This document shows, piece after piece, positions 38,577 to 46,723 of a stretch of 64,000 bases of DNA; the first letter of the stretch is position 1; each line of letters begins with the position of its first letter. Source of the DNA: a virus; IMG/VR virus record IMGVR_UViG_3300027740_000183, positions 7,260 to 71,259 of that record. One strand, 5' to 3'. Position numbers and translations under genes: made by a program. The notes under the pieces were generated by a model, which saw nothing but the letters and a program-made list of their open reading frames with translations, had not been told where the DNA came from and made no database searches.

Positions 38577-40520
38577 TTACTGTGCGCACCCGTTACCTGG
38601 CACAGATACCACGTTAGAATCACACACAAGGGCTCCTGATCCCCCAACCCAAGCGCCACTCATGAGTCTCCCACAACTTGTTGCCCCCGTGTTCATGGTG
38701 ATATCAAAAGCTGCCAGTACGTTACCTACAAATTCCGTATACAGCCCTATAGTAGCAGAGCTTCCTACTTGCCACCACACATTAGAAGCCTTAGCTCCAT
38801 TAATTAATATAATACGGGTATGTGTTCCTGGTGTAGGCGCACCATCTGCTGTGGTTAACGAGCTAGCGGATTGAAAGATAAAAGTAGCGTTTGGGTCACC
38901 ACCCCCATCTAAAGTAATATCTCCAGTAATAAGTATAGAAGTTATTGAGGTATACACTCCGGGAGTAAACCAATTATCCCCAAGAACTAGAGGTGTACCT
39001 GTTACGTTGCCTAACGTTGTAGGGGCTGGTATAGGAGTCCCGCCACCAAGGGATCCCACAGCAGGCGGTCCTGCAGGAGGTGTGATGCTTAGGAAGGCAG
39101 CATTTAGATCAGCTTTTACAGCAATTGCTGTAGTAGTGTCTGGATACGTGCTTGTTACCACCACACCATTTAGAGTAGGAGGCATCCCGTTACATAATCC
39201 AAAACCTCCTGCATTATCTGTAGCTACCGCATTACAGGTTTGATTGGGATCTAGAATTACATCACCATTAATATGAGTTATTGGTGCTGTAATTGTATTG
39301 GTTACCCCTGCAGTAGACGCTATAGCGTATGTAGACGCGGAACCCAAATCAATGCTTATAAACGGTATTATTGGCTCAGAGGTGCTGAAACTCCACGGGT
39401 TGGGCACAAGTCCTGGTTCTAACGGGTTACCCGACAGATCTATTGCTTCTGTGGAAATTATTGCGGTATAAGTCTTTCCTCCCTCTAAAGGATTCGAAGG
39501 AGTAAAAGTTACCGTTTTAGTTAGTTCGTTATAACTAATAGATCCTTCTATCTTTGCCAACCCATCCATTACTACAAAGGAGTTAGTGTTCAGAGTCTCG
39601 ACTAGCATATCTTCATTAAAAGTTGCACTTATTTCGGCACCAGCCTGTACATCTGTAGCTAAATCTACAGGGTTTGTTACCGTTATCTGTGGGGATATAA
39701 GATCTGGGGTAATTAGGGTAGTAAAGTTCCATACATAAGGATTTTGTAATGAAACACCTGTTGATGTAGCAGCTAAAGTTGATACGGTAGCAATATAAGT
39801 TGTATTGTACAGTAGCGGTTCGCTGGTAACAAATGTAACTTTTTTGGATCCTGCGTCGTAAGTTACCACACCTTGTATAGGCAACAAGGAGGGATCTGTT
39901 ACTACAAAAGTTTCGGGATCAATAACAGTATTTTCATCCATACCAGTACTAAAAGTAGCTGTTATTTTTGTATTGATAGGTACATTTGTTGCTCCATCTA
40001 AAGGTGTTGTAGCAATAATGGTGGGAATAATTATGTCTTCTTTTGTTACAAATGTCCAACTGTACTCTTCTACCATATTGTTGCCATTTGTATCTTTTAC
40101 CTCAATTGTCACCACACCTACATATGTAGTACTAGGTAATAAATGGTTAGAAGGTGTGAATATTGCCACTTCTTTATCTACAGTAATTATCCCCTCAATA
40201 TTTGCATCTCCCTGTTTTAGTAGCACAGAATTACTGTTTACAGAGGCAGGATCCATATTCTCACTAAAGGTTATAGTTATAGTGCTATCTAATTTTACAT
40301 CAGTTTTTTCATTTTTTGGTACAGTTGTTATAACTATAGGTGCTTCTTTATCTATATAGGAATCTGGGGTAGAAGCATCTGGTATATCAGAACCTCCATA
40401 ACCACCAGATCCTCCTAAGCCACCCATTCCAGCCTTTGGTACAGGAAATTCTACTAACTGTTGTCCACACCCTGTTAAAATTAGGAACAATAGTATTAAA
40501 ATATTTTTTATTATTTTCAT
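38577..40520 (-). CDS. Lipoprotein with three Ig-like (Big_5-type) domains and C-terminal ice-binding DUF3494 domain
   Basis: Lipobox LTGC; ITF/ATFS..M...V..F.P...L...TTY repeats; PGVY...GDITLDG.GDPNA.FIFQ..SSL..NGAKASNVWWQVGSSAT. Confidence 0.9.
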   Translation of the reverse strand: MKIIKNILILLFLILTGCGQQLVEFPVPKAGMGGLGGSGGYGGSDIPDASTPDSYIDKEAPIVITTVPKNEKTDVKLDSTITITFSENMDPASVNSNSVLLKQGDANIEGIITVDKEVAIFTPSNHLLPSTTYVGVVTIEVKDTNGNNMVEEYSWTFVTKEDIIIPTIIATTPLDGATNVPINTKITATFSTGMDENTVIDPETFVVTDPSLLPIQGVVTYDAGSKKVTFVTSEPLLYNTTYIATVSTLAATSTGVSLQNPYVWNFTTLITPDLISPQITVTNPVDLATDVQAGAEISATFNEDMLVETLNTNSFVVMDGLAKIEGSISYNELTKTVTFTPSNPLEGGKTYTAIISTEAIDLSGNPLEPGLVPNPWSFSTSEPIIPFISIDLGSASTYAIASTAGVTNTITAPITHINGDVILDPNQTCNAVATDNAGGFGLCNGMPPTLNGVVVTSTYPDTTTAIAVKADLNAAFLSITPPAGPPAVGSLGGGTPIPAPTTLGNVTGTPLVLGDNWFTPGVYTSITSILITGDITLDGGGDPNATFIFQSASSLTTADGAPTPGTHTRIILINGAKASNVWWQVGSSATIGLYTEFVGNVLAAFDITMNTGATSCGRLMSGAWVGGSGALVCDSNVVSVPGNGCAQ

Positions 40521-40533
40521 TTTGTTTTTATCC

Positions 40534-41646
40534 TTATTTAGTGTTTTTCGTCACAATAAAATCAACTATAAATTCTACTCTTCTGTTTTGTTCTTTACCT
40601 ACAAGTGTGTTGTTAGTGGCAGCTGGAATAGAGGATCCCAAACCTACACTTGTTAACCTATTTTTATCTATACCAGAGGCTACTAAATAGTCTAATACAG
40701 ATTTTGCCCTGTTCTCGGATAATATTTGGTTATGCTTTATTTTACCTTCTGATGAGGCATGTCCTTCTATTCGTACTTTAATATTTTTGTTAACTACTAA
40801 AATTCTTATTACTTCATTAAGGGCAGGGATTGAAGAGCCTAATATAATAGATTTGTCGTAATCAAAGTATATTTTTTTGGTGATAGTGACTTCAGAAGGG
40901 GTCGTAAATAATTTTTCTTGTTTTGGTAAAATCCACACATCTGGATCTGCTTTGTCCTCACAATCAGTTTTTTCTACCGTAGTTTTATTTATAGTAATTT
41001 TTTCTTGTTTTTTACTACCAGGACCTATTTCAAGACTTACACCTATACTTAAAATTCGTGCATCTCTTGTATCATACCCCTTTTTTTCTAACTGAATTAT
41101 TTGCATGTATTTCACAAAAGGTCCTATTAGTATTGATTTTTCCTCATTTGTGGGGATAGATATACCGATAGATGCAGCTAAACCTGTCCTGTTCAAGGAA
41201 TCAGTACGTACATATAGCAAATCTGCGGCTACCCATGGGTAAAGAGAATAAAAAACATCATAACTTTTAGGTGTTTTTAAGCGAAGACTTCCCCCTAAAG
41301 ACCAAGCAGTTCCTGAGTCTTTCAAATCTATTTTTGTAGGCAACGTGGTGAAAGAAATGCTAGGACCTAAGTCTAGATAAGGTGTTAGTAGCCAAAGTAC
41401 TTTAATATCTTCACTAATACCCAGTTTAAAAAGTTGAGATTGCGGAGGAGTTAAAGGAATAGATAATCCGGGTTCTATTTTTAAAGAAACAGAACCAATT
41501 TTTGGAGATTTATTTTGTACTTGTTGTGTCTCTACAGAGTATGTTTGTGCGTTACCTGATGCGGAAGTAATATTTGGTACTAGTAAGGATATAAATACCC
41601 CAATAAATACAGCTTTTATTAAAAAATTACGTGATATTTTAGTCAT
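40534..41646 (-). CDS. OmpA-family outer membrane protein
   Basis: Signal peptide, beta-barrel-like middle, OmpA_C motifs (IYFDYDKS; IEGH; NQ.LSE.RA.SV..YL; NRRVEF). Confidence 0.9.
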   Translation of the reverse strand: MTKISRNFLIKAVFIGVFISLLVPNITSASGNAQTYSVETQQVQNKSPKIGSVSLKIEPGLSIPLTPPQSQLFKLGISEDIKVLWLLTPYLDLGPSISFTTLPTKIDLKDSGTAWSLGGSLRLKTPKSYDVFYSLYPWVAADLLYVRTDSLNRTGLAASIGISIPTNEEKSILIGPFVKYMQIIQLEKKGYDTRDARILSIGVSLEIGPGSKKQEKITINKTTVEKTDCEDKADPDVWILPKQEKLFTTPSEVTITKKIYFDYDKSIILGSSIPALNEVIRILVVNKNIKVRIEGHASSEGKIKHNQILSENRAKSVLDYLVASGIDKNRLTSVGLGSSIPAATNNTLVGKEQNRRVEFIVDFIVTKNTK

Positions 41647-41962
41647 TTGAACCCCCTACTTGTTTTTGTTTAATTATGGCACAAAACTAAATGTAATACG
41701 ATTTAATACATTGTAATATTTTATCTCATATCTAGTGTAATATTGTTACAATAACAATTACTACACAGATCGCAATTGCTGCGAATACAAATGTGTTCAT
41801 ATAAACCCCCTCCTTTGATTTTATGAAATAGAAAAATCCCCCTAATTACAAATAACTCTATTTGTGTCTTACTAAAAGAATGCTTTCAATCAAAATGATT
41901 GAAAAGAGGAATAAGGGTAGTGATAGGTGGAAAGAAGTCAATAAATACTTTTTTGCTTTAGC

Positions 41963-41990
41963 TTGACAGCTTAGAAAGTAATGTTACAAT
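41963..41990 (+). promoter_or_regulatory. Sigma70-type promoter, probably leaderless
   Basis: TTGACA-N16-TACAAT, TG extended -10, ATG 6 nt downstream, no RBS. Confidence 0.75.
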
Positions 41991-41996
41991 AAAGGT

Positions 41997-43085
41997 ATGG
42001 TGACATTGTTAAAAGATAGTAGCACTAATTGGTACATTTGCGAGTGCGGTTACGCAGATCGCGCTGTGCCAAAATCCGCTGGTTTTTGGTGGAATAGCAA
42101 AACCCACCCACAAAAATGGTCTACTAAAGAGGCAGAAAAGGCGTATAAATTAGCCAATTATGGAAGCAAAGAACTTCAAGAGGAACTTACGAACGCTGTT
42201 ACAGCTAAAGTAGAAAAAATTGAAGCTTCTCATGCTACTAATGCTGACATCGAAGCCCCAGTGCCTACCGGTCTTTCATATCTACCTTTCCAAAAAGCGG
42301 CTATTGCGTTTGCTAAAGATCGAAAACACACTTTGATAGCGGATCAGCCCGGAGTTGGGAAAACAATTGAAGCTATCGGTATTTTGAATAATGATGATTC
42401 TATTAAATCAGTTTTGGTCGTGTGCCCCGCTTCTCTTCGTCTTAACTGGAAGCTAGAAGCTACTAAGTGGTGTGTGAAAAAATGGAATTATTATGTTGCG
42501 GACAAAAAGGGAGAGATTCCTGAAAATGCTAATTTTGTGATTGTGAATTATGAAAGACTTGATCTTGTTATGGAACACAACTGGGACTTTCTTATTGTTG
42601 ACGAATGCCATAGAGTTAAGAACCCAAAAGCAAAAAGAACAATTACGCTTTTAGGTGATAAAAAGAAAGAAATTAAAGGAATTGTAGACAACTGTAAGAA
42701 AACCCTTTGGCTTACCGGAACGCCTATCATGAATCGCCCCGTCGAACTTTTTCCTCTTCTTTCAGTTATAGACCCTGAAGGGTTAGGAAAGAATTTTTTT
42801 GGTTTTGCAAAACGTTATTGTGCTGCACATCAAGTTCAAGTAAGTCGTTACAGTCTAGTGTGGGATTTCACAGGTTCTTCTAATCTTGTAGAGTTGCAAG
42901 AAAGACTTAGAACTAACGTTATGATTCGTAGGCTCAAAAAGGACGTGCTGAAGGAACTCCCTGGAAAGCGCCGTCAATTAGTTGTTCTACCCGCTAACGG
43001 GGCAGCAAAGGCTGTGGAGCACGAAGCTGCTATCTATGGGGAGGGTAATAAGGATTTGCTTGCGTGGGCGGCACAGGAGACGTAG
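41997..43085 (+). CDS. SNF2/HARP-like helicase, N-terminal ATPase lobe
   Basis: DQPGVGKT (I), DECH (II), LTGTP (III), MIRRLK.DV. Confidence 0.9.
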   Translation: MVTLLKDSSTNWYICECGYADRAVPKSAGFWWNSKTHPQKWSTKEAEKAYKLANYGSKELQEELTNAVTAKVEKIEASHATNADIEAPVPTGLSYLPFQKAAIAFAKDRKHTLIADQPGVGKTIEAIGILNNDDSIKSVLVVCPASLRLNWKLEATKWCVKKWNYYVADKKGEIPENANFVIVNYERLDLVMEHNWDFLIVDECHRVKNPKAKRTITLLGDKKKEIKGIVDNCKKTLWLTGTPIMNRPVELFPLLSVIDPEGLGKNFFGFAKRYCAAHQVQVSRYSLVWDFTGSSNLVELQERLRTNVMIRRLKKDVLKELPGKRRQLVVLPANGAAKAVEHEAAIYGEGNKDLLAWAAQET

Positions 43086-43105
43086 GAATAAGCAATAAAA
43101 ATGGG

Positions 43106-43133
43106 TTGACAAAACTCTAAAAAGAGCTAAAAT
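43106..43133 (+). promoter_or_regulatory. Sigma70-type promoter inside the split helicase, probably leaderless
   Basis: TTGACA-N16-TAAAAT then AAAAGT ATG. Confidence 0.75.
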
Positions 43134-43139
43134 AAAAGT

Positions 43140-43994
43140 ATGGATACCAGTTACAAAGATGCTGTTGCTGCGATGCATAGATTTGATACGTATTCTTTTG
43201 AGGAGATAGCACGTGCTCGTAAGGAAGTGGCTATTGCTAAAGTTCCTGCTTTTATTGATTATGCCACTGATGTAATTGAATCGGAAGGAAAAGTTGTTAT
43301 TTTTGCACACCATCTTGAGGTGGTATCTGCTCTTATGGAAGGGTTCAAAGAGTTCAATCCGGTAAGAGTAACTGGTGATGATTCTGTTGAAGACCGGCAA
43401 ATTGCTGTGGAAACGTTTCAGAATGACCTAAATTGTCATGTCATAATTGGAACTATTGGAGCTATGGGTGTAGGGTTAACCTTAACAGCTGCTTCTACGG
43501 TTATTTTTTGTGAGATGAGTTGGGTACCGGCTGAAATGAGTCAGGCAGAAGATAGATGCGACCGAATAGGACAACATTACCCCGTAAATGTCATTCATGT
43601 CGTTTTAGATGGATCCATAGATCAGCATTTAGCCGAAGTTCTTATTGAGAAACAAAATATTGCTGATGCTGCTTTAGACGGATTTCATTACGCTATTCCA
43701 ACTAAATTAGATATTGTTCCTACCGCAGCAGAGGTTAAAAAAGAGTATAAAGAAGTCCAGTATAAAGAGGAGACTAAGACTAAGGTACTTTCCTCCCTCC
43801 AGTTTCTTGCTTCTTGTTGTGACGGTGCTTCCGCTAAAGATGGACAAGGATTTAGTAAATTTGATGCTGGTTTAGGGCATAGTCTTGCTGCTTTAGCGAA
43901 ACTTAATAATAAACAGACTTATCTTGGACTAAAACTTTGTCGTAAGTATAAAAGGCAGCTTTCTGGTATGTCTTTTGAACAAGAATTGTACTAA
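43140..43994 (+). CDS. SNF2/HARP-like helicase, C-terminal lobe
   Basis: KVVIFAHH (IV), GVGLTLTAAS (V), QAEDRCDRIGQ (VI); C-terminal CDGA..DG.GF. Confidence 0.9.
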   Translation: MDTSYKDAVAAMHRFDTYSFEEIARARKEVAIAKVPAFIDYATDVIESEGKVVIFAHHLEVVSALMEGFKEFNPVRVTGDDSVEDRQIAVETFQNDLNCHVIIGTIGAMGVGLTLTAASTVIFCEMSWVPAEMSQAEDRCDRIGQHYPVNVIHVVLDGSIDQHLAEVLIEKQNIADAALDGFHYAIPTKLDIVPTAAEVKKEYKEVQYKEETKTKVLSSLQFLASCCDGASAKDGQGFSKFDAGLGHSLAALAKLNNKQTYLGLKLCRKYKRQLSGMSFEQELY

Positions 43995-44018
43995 GATCTA
44001 GAGTAGGTAAAAAATCAG

Positions 44019-44046
44019 TTGACATTTTAGAAAGTAGTGCTACAAT
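44019..44046 (+). promoter_or_regulatory. Sigma70-type promoter
   Basis: TTGACA-N16-TACAAT; closely similar to promoter at 41963. Confidence 0.75.
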
Positions 44047-44086
44047 AAAAAAGTCGGATCAAAATAACAACGTAGAAAGGGAAATT

Positions 44087-44287
44087 ATGGATAAAGTAAT
44101 AACGGGTTCTAACATTTTTTGCGCAGTGAAGCATTATCTTGACGAGGTATATAATGGCGATGTGGTAACATATCCACCTCTACTGAAGAGCAGAATTGCT
44201 TGGTCGGCTTGTAGCGTAGTTTCTTTACCTCTTATAGTAGGGGAACTTATTGACGAAAATGGCAAGGTAACTAAAATTACTTTCTAG
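44087..44287 (+). CDS. Hypothetical protein
   Basis: Downstream of promoter; RBS AAGGG. Confidence 0.5.
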   Translation: MDKVITGSNIFCAVKHYLDEVYNGDVVTYPPLLKSRIAWSACSVVSLPLIVGELIDENGKVTKITF

Positions 44288-44465
44288 AGATTTTGGATTT
44301 TTGTTACAGAGTTATAAAATTATAGAGAAATATTATGGCAAACAAGATTAAATTACTTAAATATTTACTTAAAGGCGCGATTCAAAGCCGCAATCATAGG
44401 CTGATTGTGGAAATAACAAAGGAACTAAAGGATTTAGAATTTTCTATTAATAAAGGAATAGAGCT

Positions 44466-44834
44466 ATGAGTATATTGTATGTTAATGTAGTATTTGGGGA
44501 AGAGAAGTTTTCTGTTGGAGACTTTGTTAAATTCTTTTTACTCGAAAGTAAAGAAGGAGTACCTATTTACACCGTTACTAAATGTGGAAAAGAAGAAGAG
44601 GAGCAGGCGGTAGTAATCTCTTTACCAGAAAATGGGGTTATGGGGGTATGTGTTGATAATGTAGAATATACGGAGGAAAAGTCTCGTACAAATGAAATAA
44701 GTAGCAGACACTGGTCTTATGATGAGGATTTTGTTACCTGGTGTAAAGAAAAAGTGGAAGAGTACGATCTTCTTGACAATAAAACATTAACTCTTATGTA
44801 TAGAGCATGGACTGCTGGTTTAGAAAGTTGGTAA
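44466..44834 (+). CDS. Hypothetical protein
   Basis: 122-aa ORF. Confidence 0.5.
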   Translation: MSILYVNVVFGEEKFSVGDFVKFFLLESKEGVPIYTVTKCGKEEEEQAVVISLPENGVMGVCVDNVEYTEEKSRTNEISSRHWSYDEDFVTWCKEKVEEYDLLDNKTLTLMYRAWTAGLESW

Positions 44835-45098
44835 AAATTATTTTGTAAAAGGGATAAAGGGGGAACAACTTGCACCAATTTCTAGAGCGTGTTTGTACCT
44901 ACTAAGTGTTTGTAACAAAAATACACATACTACTTTACACAAATATATATATATCGGCAGTATTCATACTTATGATATTACGATCGTGAGTGCGAAAGCT
45001 CACACCTAAAGGGGGAGGGAGAAGTCGGGGGTAAGAGGAAAGAATACTTGGTTAATTGGGCACATAATCTTTTTTAACCATAATTTAATTAAAAATAG

Positions 45099-45218
45099 TT
45101 GTAAAAGAAGACTATAAGGTACTCCAACACCTTATAGATCGGGACCTGACGATTATGAGATCTCATCTGACGATTATCTGACGTATAAAAGGTATCCCAA
45201 CATTTTACAGATCGGGAC
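45099..45218 (+). CRISPR. Mini-array: leader TTGTAAAAGAA, repeat 45110-45145, 37-nt spacer, repeat 45183-45218
   Basis: Two variant 36-nt repeats with CRISPR-like spacing. Confidence 0.7.
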
Positions 45219-45227
45219 TGGAGGAAT

Positions 45228-45605
45228 ATGTTTACATTATCAAAAGTACAAAAACAAGCTTTAGATTCTCTTACTTGGCTGCACTCTTGTAGGGAAGATT
45301 GTGCTAGATCCGGCAGAACTTACGTGCTAGCCCTGCATATACTTCGTACCATCGTAGACAACAACAATGAATGGGTTACTTTAGTAGATCATTACAAGAA
45401 GATAACGGGTACACTTGCTTTACTTCACAGTATTTTTGGCATCGCTAAAGAGCTTGAAATTGATGAATATCTAGAAGTGGTGCGGGGCAGAGATATCGCT
45501 ATACGCTTACTGCCTGCTAAAATCTGTGAAGAAAAATTAAAAGAAATGCGCGATGCTTTATATATATTTAATTGTGAAGAAAAAAATAAGGTTGACGTGA
45601 AATAA
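45228..45605 (+). CDS. Hypothetical protein
   Basis: GGAGG RBS directly after the repeat. Confidence 0.6.
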   Translation: MFTLSKVQKQALDSLTWLHSCREDCARSGRTYVLALHILRTIVDNNNEWVTLVDHYKKITGTLALLHSIFGIAKELEIDEYLEVVRGRDIAIRLLPAKICEEKLKEMRDALYIFNCEEKNKVDVK

Positions 45606-45613
45606 AGGAGGAA

Positions 45614-46030
45614 TTGATTATGAAAAGTGCTAATGATGTTTGGGTGCTGTTAGAAACTATTGAAAATGTAAATTACAATAAAATCAGATCCTTATATGGT
45701 ATTTTTAGAACAAAAAAACAGGCTGTGGAAAAGAAAAAAGACATACTAAAACATAGTATAATAGATCGTTACAGGGGAAATTTTAGAATAAGCAAAGAAT
45801 CTTACGTTTGTTTTACAGGGACTTTTCTTGAAGTAGATCATAGCGAAACTGACACTACTAAAGACTATGTGTGGGCTGTGCTTGAGCCTATTAAAGATTT
45901 TGATAACACAGGATCAGACTACCTTTATTGTGTTTGTAAAAGCAGAAAAGAAGCTAGGAAGATGCAAAAATGGCTAAAAAGTTCAAGTAGTATTCCTTTG
46001 GTGGTTCAAAAAGTGTACTTCATGGAGTAG
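45614..46030 (+). CDS. Hypothetical protein with internal duplication
   Basis: RBS AAGGAGG; VWVLLE...G.F...K.A-like unit occurs twice. Confidence 0.6.
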   Translation: MIMKSANDVWVLLETIENVNYNKIRSLYGIFRTKKQAVEKKKDILKHSIIDRYRGNFRISKESYVCFTGTFLEVDHSETDTTKDYVWAVLEPIKDFDNTGSDYLYCVCKSRKEARKMQKWLKSSSSIPLVVQKVYFME

Positions 46031-46200
46031 TTCATAAAGTATCTCTTACTACTGTGTATTTGTTGCATAGTAAATAATTTGCTGACAATGTGTGAGAATA
46101 CATCCATTTCTTTTTATAAAGAATGGGGGAACTTATACTAGAATTCTTGTGGATTTACATTTTATAAATTTAGTTCCTGGTCATATTCGTACTTACAGTA

Positions 46201-46431
46201 TTACAGATTGGGACGGCTGGGGTCCAGCTATTACCTTGTTTTCTCTCTACGTATAAAAGGTATCCCAACACCTTATAGATTGGGACGGGGTTAAGCGGAT
46301 TCGCTCGATTTTTTCGTACCATTGTATAAAAGGTATCCCAACACCTTATAGATTGGGACTAATCAGCATTGTAACTTGGTCTCCTCTCTTAATATGTATA
46401 AAAGGTATCCCAACACCTTATAGATTGGGAC
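46201..46431. CRISPR. CRISPR array: partial repeat 46201-46214, identical repeats at 46251, 46324 and 46396, spacers 36/37/36 nt
   Basis: GTATAAAAGGTATCCCAACACCTTATAGATTGGGAC x3 with unique spacers; orientation unresolved; no cas gene in window. Confidence 0.85.
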
Positions 46432-46554
46432 GGACGGACGGATGGACGGACCGGCAGAATATCATACGCAGCTACTAAAAATAAAATAGCTCATGGATAT
46501 CATTGGAAATATATAGAATAATATATAAAAAGTACAAAAATAACAAAATTATGC

Positions 46555-46585
46555 AACCACTGTAAGAAAATTACAGTGGTTTTTT
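46555..46585 (+). terminator. Intrinsic terminator downstream of array
   Basis: AACCACTGTAA..TTACAGTGGTTTTTT. Confidence 0.7.
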
Positions 46586-46594
46586 ATTTTAATG

Positions 46595-46608
46595 GTTATT
46601 TAATAATA
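46595..46608 (+). promoter_or_regulatory. Candidate late promoter of major capsid gene
   Basis: GTTATTTAATAATA. Confidence 0.55.
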
Positions 46609-46723
46609 AGCGAGTAAAAATCGTCCTGTATTAACAGTTTTATTATACAAACCCTCAGGATTAAAAGTTTTACAACAAAAAGGAGAAAAATAATAAAAAG
46701 TTCAGTATAGGAGATTTAAAACA

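Noticed and set aside
43083-43139. T4 gene 60-like ribosomal bypass, intron or intein in the helicase
   Set aside because: No identical take-off/landing codon pair or splice structure is evident; the gap is fully explained by a promoter plus new ATG
46201-46431. TIGR-type dual-spacer array or box C/D repeats
   Set aside because: One uniform 36-nt repeat alternates with 36-37 nt unique spacers; there is no alternation of two short repeats or box C/D motifs
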